Assembly: GCF_964204645.1 (NCBI RefSeq)
Contig: NC_134034.1
Coordinates: forward strand, 5,616,914 to 5,680,913
Source of the DNA: Tubulanus polymorphus
Taxonomy: Eukaryota; Animalia; Nemertea
Direction: 5' to 3'
Length of the DNA: 64,000 nucleotides
A model generated the notes under the pieces. The model saw only the letters and a list, made by a program, of their open reading frames with translations, was not told where the DNA came from and did not search any database. Made by a program: the position numbers and the translations under genes. Positions 1-13,171 of this stretch are shown piece after piece. The number at the start of each line of letters is the position of its first letter. The first letter of the stretch is position 1.

Positions 1-702
1 CGCATTCAGATTTAATGGATATCTATATATCTCTTTTTTACTAGCTCATATTAACCACGGAGAGAAAACTATTCAAAGTTCTGGACACAGAACTAAGCTA
101 AAATGTCGAGGAAACATTAAGGCCAAGAACTTTGGAAACGATAGCTGCCATGTGCAGTAAGTTCATCTTCGTGAAGGCCATCAAAGGAAGAAACATCATC
201 AATTCTCATATACTACACATATCTATTTCAGTCACAGAAATAGACGCTACCAACAAAAAACTTGTACCAAATGCAGAAGAAAAATGGATACATTTTGATA
301 AAGTCTGTAAGTACAAGTTGACGTTTTCATTCCATTGTAGGTACTTGATTTTGTATCCCTAGCAACATTGCACATGACTTTTTTTAGTTTGCGAGCGTAT
401 GAAAGACAAAGCAGCAGCAGAAGAATTAATTGGTACACGCGTTCATTGTTATGATTTCAGTTGTCAGTTTTTTCTCTTTTTTCAACTTGTTTCTACTTGT
501 TAGGTGTTCTTTTTAAAAATTTCATTCTTGTTGTTTCAATCGTTTTTTCTTTGTGCAATGTTCATACTTTTTTGACGCCTTATAAAACGTTACCATTATG
601 AAACCTAAACAATGTTAACCATCTAGCGTCATTTTACAAACGACAGCCGTAAATCGATGTGCAAAACGTCACAGGTCTGTGTGTACACAAACAAGCTATC
701 TG
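1..702 (+). mobile_element. Possible right end of an EnSpm/CACTA-like element with decayed spliced accessory-gene exons
   Basis: Short AG/GT-bounded exon-like pieces (~45-157, 231-307, 387-440), AACGT-rich subterminal region, and an end in agctatctgg (rc CCAGATAGCT). Confidence 0.25.
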
Positions 703-2062
703 GCAAAATATTATTGACATAGATGTAGAATGGCTTCCTGTGATTATATAATGACCTATATTTGAACGTCGAAATATTATATTGCATTGAATATCATTAG
801 AAGACGTATTGTAATAGTAAAGGATGTATGATTATATTAGAAGCGGCAGGCATAAATAGAAATGATAAGTAAATCGGATTATTCGGTTAAATGGCGGATG
901 TATACACGATTTGGAAGTCTGATATAAAAGTCAGACCCTGACGTGGGCATGCCGGTGGAATGACGAAGCTATCTACGATGTGTGTAGGGCCGGCGTGAAT
1001 TTCATCAGCGGCTACAAGCGGTCAATATGAAAATGTGTAAACATATAATTTCAATATTCAAACGTTTTAGAAAATATGTTTGATATTAGGAGTATGCAGG
1101 TTTCGTGAGATTAGCAATTTATAATAGCATAGCTGTCATATACGGCTCCGCGTCTTCTGATGGCATGTGTATTAGGCGACAATTCAATTCAATTCTTTAT
1201 TGATCCTTATTACATTGAAATTCCGGGATAAAATTCCCAAATTCAATAAATACAAATTCTAAAATAAATTAATACAACATACATGACACACGGGTAATTC
1301 ATACAGAACAACATAAGCATGTTATTTTAAATGACAATGTCTACTTCAACCCACCCAGACTCAAGACTCTAGTGACAGCCAAACCCGTGGCCCGGCCGGG
1401 CCGGCTGGCTAGGCCACACGATATGCTCGAAGTCATGATGAAGCAGACATCAGAAGAGCTCTTTCTTCAACCATGGAGGCTATGAAGTTGCAGACCAGCT
1501 TAGAGGCATAAGTAAATGAAGTCGGTCGCAAGTTCGCGATCAATTATTGAGAATTTTCAATAAAAAAATTTAAACTACTACTAGAGTCGAAGACCCGCTG
1601 TATCATCTACCCAATCGCCAGATCTCATCATTCCCCAAATTTCTTAAAACTTCGATTTCAAATTTGCAATTCCACATTAGCTTAGCCCAGAAATTCTACA
1701 TTTTTTTCGCAGGCGTCAAATAATTTTCTAAAATTAATTTTCTTGTTTACAACAGTGATTGACGAAACATTCATACATAATTTTCCCCAATATCTCCGAG
1801 ACCACAAAAACGAAAGCGCCGAATTGAAGGAAAAAGTAACAAACAAACGGAAGCAGAAAAAAGGAACACCCAAAAAAGCGTAGGTCATAGCCTTATTATT
1901 TGATGTTTTATTGTAAAAATGTTTTTTTCCTACAACCTATTTCTTCAGCGTGCCAAACATCCGTGTCCCGTTTGCAATATGCTTAAGACTCAAATGCCGC
2001 ATTACCAACAATACGGCGCATATTGATTTTCCCAGTCACCGATACGAGCGCGCTGTTCAAAG

Positions 2063-3372
2063 ATGGCTGCGCCCCGGTTACCCCGGTTACTCGCGTCGAG
2101 CGATCAGACCGATCAGTCTCCGTACAATTTACGTAACAAGAAGATCGACTTTAAACGCTTAGCTAATGGAGAAGCTGTTAGATATCAACGAGAACCACAA
2201 AGAAAGCACAGGGATATTCTAGAGGGGTGGTATATAATCAAGCGCCTGATAACATAGGCCTACAAGGAATCAACCGAGGAAGTAAGTTTCGTTAGACAAA
2301 ATTCATAAATCAACCTAACTAAACAACAACAGCCTGCCCTAGGAGCCTAAAAATGTACGTGTATCGCACCACTATCCTAATTAGGCTATCCCTCTAAAAG
2401 CTATTATATATCATTCCTACGAAAACAATACCGGTCAGCCTCTATCCATACTACACTAGGGTAGGTAGGCTTAGGCTACTTTTTACCGGGTCGAGTAGGC
2501 ATTCTGACAGAGTGTGAACCAGCTTCAGAAAAAATGTTAAATTTTGCGTTGCCGACTGTCTCAAAATGCCGGCAGAAAATGATTTTGAGATTTTGTACAT
2601 TGACAATGTAATAGGTCGGTAAGGTCGTCACGGGCCTAAATCTAGATGTCCTAAAAGCCATGTGTCTAAGACTAAGAGTCAGGTCAAGTCGGTACCTAGG
2701 CCTACTCATTTTAAATACTGTTTACAATGACCATGCATACCATTTTGACAAGAAGGGTAATTGACAATGTGACAGTCTTGAACGACTCTATTCAACCCCT
2801 CTTTTGACAAAGAGCGATAGCCTATTAGTTTCTTGTTTTTTTTTTAATTCATGCTTTGAAAAATCTTTAATTTTCAGTATCTCGTCCATTGGCAACACTA
2901 CAATCTTCACGAAAGTACATGGGAACCAAAGCACCACATACCAAAAGAAATTCTTGACAATTTTAAGAATCCTGCTGTGGACCAATCGAAAATATTAGAG
3001 GTAGCAGATGTCTTCATGTCGCATATACGCTCAAAATTATTGGAGGGCAACTTGACCATCACAATTCCATTTCCTCTGGATGTTTATCGTTCGGTGTTTT
3101 ATCATAAAGGTAACCCATGCGAAAAAGGATTTATTAGTCTCGAATTGGCTGATTTCGAGAATTTATCGTTGGATGTCAATTGGTATTATGTTTTGGACAA
3201 ACACGGGCAGGGAGTAAAACTAACATTTCCAGTGAAGATACGTCCAAGGCTTAGCTTCACTCGTCCAATATATTATGTCGAAGATGGAGAATTGAAACGT
3301 GGAAAGCAGCAACCTAAAGAAGTCATCGTATTCACTGCTGTGTCCCGTGCATGTGACAAATTAACTCTTTGA
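2063..3372 (+). pseudogene. Two-exon chromodomain protein gene (exons 2063-2281 and 2878-3372) with one in-frame stop at 2255-2257
   Basis: Phase-0 splice gag gaa|gtaagt ... ttttcag|tat gives WYIIKRLIT*AYKESTEE|YLVHWQHYNLHESTWEPKHHIPKEILDNF, a chromodomain, continuing in frame into ORF 2977-3372. Confidence 0.8.
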
Positions 3373-3498
3373 ATGACTGTTTTTACAATAATACTGTACT
3401 TTGACTGTTTTAGCTGTCTTTTTCTTTTTAGACATTCCGTTAGTTTTTATTTTTAAGTCTTTAAAGAACTAGCTGCCCATAGGAAATAATTATTTTAA

Positions 3499-3735
3499 CC
3501 CTTTCAGTGCATCTATACTGCAGTTCGGTGTATAAATTGCTGAAAGACTTAGCGAGTACACCGCAGCCCGACGTAATTTATATCTAATAAATGACTGCAG
3601 CAAACATAGTGAATATCAGTAACTAACGATACACTGCGTCGCGGTGTAGACACTCTACCCATTAGTGTTGAATTTTTGAAAAGTTTCAAATTATCTCCAG
3701 TACTTTCAGGTATTACTTATTCTGCACTGAAAGGG
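3499..3735. mobile_element. piggyBac-type MITE (237 bp)
   Basis: 13-bp perfect TIR ccctttcagtgca/tgcactgaaaggg; TTAA at 3495-3498 and 3736-3739; sits just upstream of the transposase ATG (3742). Confidence 0.9.
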
Positions 3736-3741
3736 TTAAAG

Positions 3742-6241
3742 ATGTCTGACAATTTAGTTCGTGGTAGTTACTGTGAAATTAAATTTCACCAGGCATTAGA
3801 GATTCAGTCATCAACTGTTGGATATGTCGATACAAAGCGGTGTATAAATAGTACACCTATCGCGTTTATATTGAAGTTAAGCAATGCATTTTTACGTGAA
3901 CTAAATGGGTTAAAAAGATCTCATGAAAATTTAAGTTATATTTCTATGGTTAACATTGGCTTGAAATATGCCAAAATTTCTGATTATGCATTTCGTGTTG
4001 AGAATAGATTGCACGATCTGTGCAGCAGTGTATGCTTGAAGTTTAGGAACGATAAGTTGTATAAAGGTGGAAAGAAATTTCAAAAATTTCAAGGTATAGT
4101 TCATTCTCTTGCAATTCATAGTGATGAAGTCTTAAACGTAGCACATATTAGTGAATATCTGTCAAATATAGTTTCAGAGAATCAGAACCTTGTGGAAAAG
4201 TTGTCATCACTTTCCTCAAAATTACAGGGTGTGCTGCAGAAAAATCAATATCTTGAAAACACACTAGAAAAAAAATGTGAAACTATTGACAAACTTGACA
4301 GAAATTTGAAAAACTATATACATTCAAACTATGTATCAAAAACCTAGCATTACCAATAGTGGTAAAGCGATTAAAGATTTGTCGAAGAGTCAAGTCAACA
4401 GGAAGTTGAAAATCCTCAAGGATGAAGCTGAGCGGGCCCTTTGGTTTGCAGAATCGTTTGGTTTGATTCCTGAAACTTTAACTTTTAGAGATTCTTGTGA
4501 TCAGAATCAGAAGTTTAGATTAGATTTTGATGAAGAAAGTAGTAGCAAGAAATCATTTGATAAATTATCAGATATGGATAAAAGCAGAATTCAGGATTTA
4601 TTGTACGTCTTAGATAGTTTATGTGTCAGTGATGCTGCGTATCATGAAATATCTATGCTTAACTCTGGGAGTTTACCATCTAAAAGTTTAATCGTACAAT
4701 GCCGCGAATCTCTCAACAAAATTTTCTCGATATATAGGGCTGAAGGGGGCATTCCTGGTGCATATGTTAGCTTGAAAGAGGCCATTTGCAGCAAAATTGA
4801 AAAAGAAAATTTGGATTCGAGTAAAAAGATTGAAATTCGCATTAGTGGCGATGGCGCACGTATGACAAAGACAAGTAATTTTATTACGGTGGCGTTTAAT
4901 TTCCTAAATGCAGGACTACCTGACAAGCCCATAGCACTTGGCATATTGAAAGGTTCTGAGTCGTATGAAAATTTCAAAACTGGTTTGAAACCCCTCATAG
5001 ATGAAATTAATGATTTAATATCATCAAAACAGATAGATATTAATGGGAAAACTTATGAGATTAATATACTTTTAGGTGGCGACTTGAAATTTATTCAAAT
5101 GTTTCTAGAATTAAAAGGTTCTACGGCAAAATATTCATGTCCGTGGTGTAAGGTATCACAAGATGATCGATATGATACTTCAAAAGCATGGGACTTCTAC
5201 CACAATGATTATATCGCAAGAACGCATGAAAACTTATGCGATGACGCCTTGAGATCACAATTTTGTGTGGAGAGATTACCTTTGTTTTCAGTGGATATGA
5301 AAAATCTAGTAGTTGATGAACTGCATTTACTTCTCAGGGTTGGAGATGTTCTCCTGAGAAATCTAATCTTCGATATCAAAGATGTAGACGATGAAGCATC
5401 ATTTGCCCGCGATTTAAGTGCATCAGTCATTGGTCAAAATTTGCATGGACTTGTAAGATTGATTCAAGAATGTGGTGTAGTGTTCCATATATGGGAGGTC
5501 CGTGATCCAGTCACATTGAAAGGAACTGGAAAATTAGAATGGAGCTCTTTGCAAGGGTCGGAATTTAAGAAATTGTTTAATCAACTTCCAGACAAACTAT
5601 CAACTTCTAAAATCATGCATGAAGATACAATGACTGATGTCCTTAAATTGTGGGCTGATTTTATTTCTCTGCATTCGTATATAACTAGTACCGGTGGCAC
5701 TGATATCCACAATCATCTGTCTTGTGAATTTATTTCTGTCGTTAGGCAGTAAACGCAAAGGGTATAAAAAGGCCAATGTGACGCCCTATATGCATGTACT
5801 CTTGTACCACGTTCCGTTTTTGATAAAAGAGCACGGGCCCATTAGTAGATACAGTGGTCAAAGTATTGAGAAATTAAATGACGTAGTTAAGTCAATTAAT
5901 ATGTCAAAATCAAACCGTAGTGATGGACCAAAAGATGCTCTTACAGTATTGAAGCGTATCGAGTATTTAAATAAGGAAGGTCACCAGAGAAAAAAGAGAA
6001 AATATTCTAAAGAAAATACGAAATTTTGGGACGAGGAAAAAAAAGCAGAGCTCAAAATAAAAAACGCAAAATTTTGGATGAAATCAACAGTGATACCCTT
6101 TTTAGGAAACAGGCTCCAATTCCTTCAACTGTAGAGGGTGTTAAGTCGGAGCTTCAGAAACTAGGTTTCAAAACAAATGCTAGAAACTATGACAGGCTCA
6201 AAAGTATTTTATTGATGCGGAGAGAATTGGCTGGTCAGTAG
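3742..6241 (+). pseudogene. RAG1/Transib-like (CMC-group) DDE transposase, three frameshifts, SAP-like C-terminus
   Basis: ORFs 3676-4347, 4331-5752, 5694-6134 and 6026-6241 overlap. Motifs in RAG1 order: ISGDG, GGDLK, CPWC, DELH, TPYMH..LYHVP, SGQSIEKLN. Tail TVEGVKSELQKLGFKT..RLKSIL is SAP-like. Confidence 0.85.
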
Positions 6242-6247
6242 ACCTCG

Positions 6248-6366
6248 GGGGGCCAGTTTTATAAACTTGTTTTAATTAACTTTAACCCAGGGGCTAACTG
6301 AAGTTCGTTTTCAATTGAGTTAACCCCTGGGTTAAAGCTAATATCAGTCTATAAAACCGGAGCCTG
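6248..6366. mobile_element. Short palindromic MITE; related copy at ~62362-62495
   Basis: Imperfect inverted halves (ggccagttttataaac / gtctataaaaccggagcc; tttaacccagggg / cccctgggttaaa). Confidence 0.6.
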
Positions 6367-7147
6367 ATGTAGTTTTTGTTGGTGATATTCCCAGTGAATT
6401 ATCTACATATATATATTGGAGCCTGTTTCCTAAATAGGGTATCACTGTTGATATATATAAAGCACCTATTATCCAATGCCTATGTGGTGTTATTGGTGTA
6501 TTTACACTTCATACCGTCCTAAGTACTTTGAAATGTGCAATGTAAATGTGTTCCGAATTTGTTTTTGTTAGTCTTTTTTATATATGTTATTACAGCATTG
6601 ATTTTCGTAATAAAGAATAGATTGAAAAATCTTTTAATAGATCTCAGTTTTTTATACAGTTGTCCGCAGAAAGGGATCTTTTTCTCGTTTTCTTTTCGCT
6701 GAAAAATTGGTTCTCACGGCTGAAAGCTGCTGTCGTCTTCATTCAGGATCTTTAAAAATTCAATCAAGGATACTTATCAAGGATTATCAATCAAGGCACC
6801 GCATGTCCCACCCATAGTAGCTTCAAAGATTGTTCTTAATTGTTATGGACGTACAGTAGACTCCCTCAAGTTGGATCTTTTGCCCGGGAATGTAAAAATG
6901 TGTCGACGGTGATATCCGCCGAGTTGGTACGATCCTTAAATTGTTTGTCACTAAAAAAAATATTTCAATAATCGAGCGGAGTAAACCGCAGTTTACACAT
7001 CCATGATACCCGGGATCCCGCCCGCTGTTTTGTTTTGGCTTCGCCCCGAGCCAAGGTAGCCAGAGAGCTGGTATTATGCAATAACCTGGAACAAGATTTA
7101 GAAATACAAAAAAAAGTGATAATAAATTTGGGTCAGAAGACAAGTAC

Positions 7148-7229
7148 ACGTAATGGCACAGTGGGTAGAGCGATTGGTTTCAAAGCGGGAGGTTAGTAGT
7201 TCGCGTCCGCATCGCGCTCTGATTTTTTT
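7148..7229 (+). ncRNA. Degenerate tRNA-like / Pol III promoter sequence
   Basis: A-box TGGCACAGTGG, B-box-like GTTCGCGTCC at tRNA spacing, followed by a T7 run; the cloverleaf stems pair poorly. Confidence 0.45.
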
Positions 7230-7639
7230 CTAAATTTTTCAGGGTAAAAGTGAAGGGAACTTTTTTAAAGGCACCTGCTTGTGTTTAGTACCACAGAGTA
7301 GGATTTTTCATATACTTGTACTCGTCGAAAACTTTATTTCTGTATTGATTTTCTAATTTAGCCTTGCATCTCGTGAAAACAACCCGACCACGCTTGCGCG
7401 TTACGCAATAGGCACTTTTGAACAAGATCCAAATTAAAAATTGTTTTCAAAAAGTGAAGGGATTAAATATTCTGGCAACTTAATGATATTTTTGCAGCAT
7501 ATAACTGAAGGTGTCTGGTAAATGATGTCGAAAACCGTTTATCAAAAGGAACAAACAGGAATCTAGCACAGCGATTTGAAGTTCGTTGGTCTATAGAAAC
7601 TCAGTCAGCCGTCGACTCGAGCGCGGCCTATTGTTGCGC

Positions 7640-8770
7640 GCATGAGCAGAGGTCGATGCGCCGCATTGTTGGTAATGGGAACATCTTCGAACGATGCATG
7701 AGTGGACAAGAGAAAGAGAGAGAGAGATCGAGGAACTGGGAACGCTTGAACAAAGAATCGACCGGGACCGCACCGAACATGCGCGGTAAAGTATGCGCGG
7801 TAAACGTCGGCAAATGAAAGAATGTTCTAAATGTGGCTACTATTTCAGAAAAATGCCCGCACATACACGCTGCCAGGAAGGTAATAGCACCTTTCTATGA
7901 TGAATTGGTTAACTGATATGTTATGTTGAAATATGATGTTTTTCCCTTTCGTTCACAGCTGACAAAAATGAAATCGATGAAGACGTTTCATTAGAAACAA
8001 CACATAAAGAAAACAATGAAATCGGCGAAACCGCTAGTTCTGTTTCACCAGCTAACACAGATTTAGAATCCAGCGACGAAGCTTCTGACGAGGACAGTTC
8101 TACTTCCAGTTCAGAATCGGATGAAATTGGGAAACCCCAAGGGTAAGTCCTACACATTTTGGCTCATGTCTTATATGAGCTTCAAAATGTATTCCCTATG
8201 TTCTTGCAAAATTCCGAAAAGAGTATTACAAGTGGCTTTTGCAAGCACATGATGAACGAACCGCCGCTGGTTATGTCAGGGATTCCATGAATCCTCTACG
8301 CTTCTGTAATGGGATGCTGACAGCCAAACGTGTGAATGAATGGTTTTTTTAGCAAAACATGACAAAACAGTCAGGTTCTATCAAGGCTTACATTCACACA
8401 CTAAAGAACCGGCTAATTGAATTCATCAAAGATGTGAGTATTATCACAATGAACATTTCTGTCATTAGACTGTATATATTAATAATTTTGATTTTCAGCA
8501 CGGTGTTAAAGAGTGCAAATGCACTAATCGTGAACTGAAAAGCGTGCTTAGGAAGCTTGAACGGCTCCGAACTCTTACTGAAAAAGCAATCAAAATAAGA
8601 ATAACAGAAATTCACGAAAAGCAGAAAAGTGAGTCATAACTTTCACCGTATATCTACGTATCGACCTTTTCTCGTTTCATGAAGAGTGTCTTCTCAAAAA
8701 AGACGACGTCAAAGCTATTCCTGTAGGCAAAGAAGCCAAAACAGCTGTCAAAATCATCAGAGATGATCAC
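7640..8770 (+). pseudogene. 5' exons of a multi-exon gene: zinc fingers, acidic linker, tyrosine-recombinase-like core-binding helices
   Basis: Exons ~7640-7880, 7959-8142, ~8180-8433, 8499-8628 and ~8680-8770, mostly with GT/AG ends. Peptides WEHLRTMH, CSKCGYYFRKMPAH, KFRKEYYKWLLQAHDERTAAGYVRD and SGSIKAYIHTLK; stops and frameshifts present. Confidence 0.5.
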
Positions 8771-11700
8771 CAGGAATCCGCGCTGGTGAGGGGATATGAG
8801 ATCCTCCGTCTTCAGATGTTGCATTATTCTATTCCTCACAATTTTTTCTAATAGTTTACAGACAACGCTAGTGAGACTAATTGGTCCGTAATTTGATGGA
8901 TGGTGTTTATCACCTTTATTTTTGAAGATTGCTGTAATTTGTGCCAACTTCCAGTCACCAGGGATCATGCCATTTTGCAGGGATAAGTTGAAAATAATAG
9001 ATAGTGGTAGTGATATAACTCCAGACAGCTCTTTTAAGACCCGGGGTGTATATCATCAGGTCCTGCAGATTTGTTTGCTTTTAGTTCATTCAGTAGTTTT
9101 TCTACTTCAAGTTTGCTAGTGGTTACTGTTTGGAGGTGGCTTGCGACATTCTTGTTCGGTAAGCACGGCACATCGGTGAGGTCTTCATTAGTAAATACAC
9201 TCGTGAAGTACTGGTTCAGCATATTAGCTTTCTCGTTATCAGATTCAGCACTGATACCTGATGAGTCATCAATGAACTGAGGATTACCTGAAGTTAGTTT
9301 AGTTTTGCCGCGTGCATACTGCCAAAAGCTCTTTGGATTAGTTTTTACGTTCTCGGCTATCCTTTTCTCATACGCACGGATAGCTCTTCTTATTGCTTTC
9401 TTAGACTCATTCCTGTATTTTATGTATTCATCATGATCATTATCACTTTTAGTGTTCAAATATTTCCTCCAGGCAGCACGCTTTTTTTTAACTTGTGACA
9501 AGGTATTTTGATCCATCCAGAGTGGTTTGCGTTTGTTACCACCCCGAGTGTTGTGTTTAGGGATACACTTATCAATTTCGGTCTCAAATACTGTTCTAAA
9601 AGTTGACCAGGTTGTGTTTACAATTTATCTTTCAATATCTGTTCCCAATCCTTAGACATTTCAGCCCTTAACTTAAAATAATCTCCTCGATTATAATTTC
9701 TTTCTCCGTTATAACCTTATTGGTGACTGTCGTAACATCCCAATTAAACTTGATGGTTATATGATCGCTACTTCCAAGAGGGGATAAATATCTCAGATCA
9801 CTTATGTCTTCTTCCTGTTGTGTAAGTACAAGGTCCAATATATTTGCTATTTGACCTGGTCTGTATCTAGTGCTTGTTGTCACATGTTGATGTAAATACA
9901 GGTCAGTACATGTTTCCAGGAGGTTAATCGCATGTTCATTTCTTGTACATGATCGTGATGACCAATTAATTGTAGGGTAGTTAAAATCGCCTACCACTAA
10001 CGCATTTTCCTGTTAGAAACCATTTCTTTCAGTAGTGAGACTAGCATTATTTACATCACAACTGTTAGGGCTACGATAAACACATCCAAAACGGTACTTT
10101 GTATTTCGAGTACCGGTATTTAGCTCGATCCATAATGATTTTGAAAACTTCGTGACTGGATGGATTTGAACACAGTTTAACTCATTTTCGTGTATAAAAT
10201 GATACCTCTTCCTTTATCAGTTAGGTTGCTACAGATATCATAACCATGTATTTTGACTATCGTCATAAATGCCTCTGCATCAGGTATTGATGTTTTAGGT
10301 AGGACTTCTGTCAGAGCAATTATATCGGGGTCGCATCCAAAGACGAGTTGTTTCAATTCATCAATTTTGTTTCTTAGACTATCGACATTAGCTTAGCATA
10401 GATGCACTTGAGTTTGTTCACATAGTTGGTATTTTCTCTACTGCAAGAACTGTTGTTAATATTGGGATTTTTTATCGTTACACCTTGGTAAGATTTTTCC
10501 ATATTCGTATCAATTGTTGATTTTGTCCTTTTTTTCTGATTACATAATTGTGGATTTTTACTTTGATTCAGACTTGGATCCTTAATCTTAACTCCGAAAG
10601 GACTGGACTTTTATTATTTTTCTGCCTCGAATCTTTGGACCAGTTTCTCCAAGAGCAGTGCGTTTTTCCATATCAGCTTTTAGGCTTTGAAATTCTTGAC
10701 GCTGACTTTTTGTTCTATATACTGAAATTTGTATGCCCTCAAGTGATGATTCTACATTTCTTCTGATACCTTGATAGCAGTTCATTACATTTTCTTTATC
10801 TAAGTTACTAGCAAGAATAATTTAAACCGGTCTGCACTTATCATGTATACCTTTACCTAATCTGATGACAGCTTTGGGCCTCTCAATTCCTACGTGTAAT
10901 GTCTGAGAACATAATCTGTCAAAGCTGTCCCAGTCATAGCCGATCTAGCAGATGGGTTTGCCGCATTTGATTCTACCATGCCATAAACAATTATATTATT
11001 TCTTCTACTCTCAGTTTCCCACACATCTTCTCTAATTTCGTCAATCTGATTAGAAATTTTTTCAACCATTTTATCGGAACTGTATTGGTTTTGCATTGCT
11101 TGGTGAATTCGTTCATCTATATCATTCAGGTCTAGTGTATCAACCTTTTCATTTATCAGCTTGATTTCATCATTTAGCTTCGTAATTTCCTCCTTTTCAG
11201 CATTTTTATCGAAAGCAGATAACAAGTCACAGAATAGCCTATTATTGTTATCCTTGATACTTTCTACAGTTGTTGCCAACATATCCGCAAACATGTCATG
11301 CATTTGACCAATGGTCTCAGAAACATTGACATTTTCGTTTGTAACTTTACAGTCAGGGCAATGTACCACTGAATTTATGTTGCCCTCAAAAGTTTCAGTT
11401 GATACCACCGCACAGCCATGACATATTGTTGATTTACATTGCTGACATATCAACCTTTTTGCAGTTCGAATCTCCTTGTTACATACTGGGCATGTAGGCC
11501 TACAGGTTACAGGCATGTAGGCCACAGCCTTTCTCTTAGGTCGTTTTTGGCTTCTTTGCTCCAGGGGCTTCTCTTCATCATTGGCGACTGGACCTTGTCC
11601 TTCTTGGGCTGCGTTTGTTCGAATAAGTCTCGTCACTAAACCTGGATAGGATTGTGATGCTGTTCTGAACTCATCTGTCCCATCGATATACGATGAATCA

Positions 11701-12390
11701 GAGATCTATTCAGATACGTGACGTCTGTACCGTTCCTTGATAAAGTGAATTGTTGAATCATCACTATTAACGTTGCCTACCTCTCTGTGGGTATCGTGGT
11801 GGCCCACAACAACAATGTGCGTGTGGGTATCGTCACTGGCGGATCTCAGCCTACTTGGGGCTTGAGGTTCAACATCTATCGAATCTGACAGCTGATTTGG
11901 CGTCTTTGAACTGATGATCTCTCACTGACGATTTCTCGACCTCGTTGTCACCAACAATGTCGGGTTCTTCGAAAGTGTATCTAATGACATATCAGTAACG
12001 ATTGTATGTTAAAGCTGCGTACGTGAGCGCTTTATAGGTCTTGAAACGGTTTTCTAATGTACTGGAAGTCTATGAAAATCTTTGGTTCTCTTGGCACTTT
12101 TTCGACCACGTAGAGAGATGAGGTAGCGCAGGCACGGGCGTTGCTATTTCCATTGGCAACGTAAACAAATATGTCAGCTGACTTGTTTCCAGGAAATGCC
12201 GACCAACTAAACGGTTTTCACTATTGTCAACAGATCAATAGCAGTGCCGATGCGTATGACCAGCGTATACCATCACTCAAGTTTTAGCAACAAGAAATAT
12301 TAAAACTTATTACTTATCATTAAATTACGCAAAATAGACAAAAAAACACGGAGCCAAACTGGCGACCTTTTGGCTTCCCGCGCATGCGCA
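8770..12390 (-). mobile_element. CR1/L2-group LINE, 5' end present, RT truncated at the 3' end
   Basis: ORF1 10890-11636 has a PHD-like CxxC finger, coiled coil and RRNNIIVYG. Endonuclease motifs VGDFN, ILDLV and GSSDH. NPKSFW, KSAGPDDIHP, and RT start PSNYGPISLTSVVCKLLE...HQRGF, then an abrupt break. Confidence 0.93.
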
Positions 12391-12403
12391 ATGACCCCCG
12401 CAT

Positions 12404-12975
12404 GTATGTTTATCTCCTTTTTTGCAGACCGTTACCGAAGAAGTTGACGAATCCACGGAAAATCCGATGTCGCAAGAAGTTGATAACGAAAACGACAGTG
12501 GAATATCGCAGGAAGCTTTTCCAGCCAGCCTGCCGAGATAAGTGACATCTCATTGCATCAATCATGGCTTCCTATTAACAGCACCTGCTTTAAACGTGTA
12601 TGTTTATCTCCTTTTTGCAGACCGTTACTGAAGAAGTTGACGAATCCACTGAAAATCCGATGTCGCAAGAAGTTGATAATAAAAACGACAGTGGGGAATC
12701 GCAGGAAGCTTCCAGCCAGCCTGCCGAGGTAAGTGACATCTCATTGCATCAATCATGGCTTTCTATTAACAGCACCTGCTTAAATCGTGTATGTTTATCT
12801 CCTTTTTCAGACCGTTACAACTGATAATGATCAGGAGTATAATATTGAAGCTAGTACAGAGAATGATGATTCACATGACTCGACTGTGCCCGCCAAAGTA
12901 AGTGACCTTTCATTTGATTAATGACAGCCTCCATAGCTCGTGCTTTAATCGTGTGTGTTTATCTTCTTTTTCTAG
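12404..12975 (+). repeat. Tandem exon+intron duplications (periods ~194, 191 and 164 bp)
   Basis: Units start at 12404, 12598, 12789 and ~12953, each with a pyrimidine tract and AG. Acidic exons (TVTEEVDESTENPMSQE). The donor in copy 1 is mutated to AT. Confidence 0.85.
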
Positions 12976-13171
12976 CACCACCAGTCACAAGAAAACGAAA
13001 GCGGTACCAATGATAGAGCAAAGGGTGATCAAAAAGTATTTTGACAGCTATCGTTCGGCCGAAGAGATCCGCCAGGTCGCGGAAAGACATGGACTGATCA
13101 GGAGGATCATCGCCAAGTACAGAAATGGTGTAGAGAAAATGAGGCAATTTCTCCGTAACCTGGAAAAATAA
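12976..13171 (+). pseudogene. Terminal exon of the zinc-finger/recombinase-like gene, Myb/SANT-like helical domain
   Basis: tctag acceptor; RKRKRY then a frameshift to EQRVIKKYFDSYRSAEEIRQVAE...EKMRQFLRN-stop; AATAAA signals follow. Confidence 0.45.

Noticed and set aside
7157-7163. CACAGTG (RSS heptamer) downstream of the RAG1-like gene
   Set aside because: It is part of the tRNA-like A-box, has no nonamer at 12/23 spacing, faces the wrong way for a right TIR and has no partner upstream.
7148-7229. Functional tRNA with a TCA (Sec/opal) anticodon
   Set aside because: Acceptor and anticodon stems do not pair and there is no long variable arm; kept only as tRNA-like.
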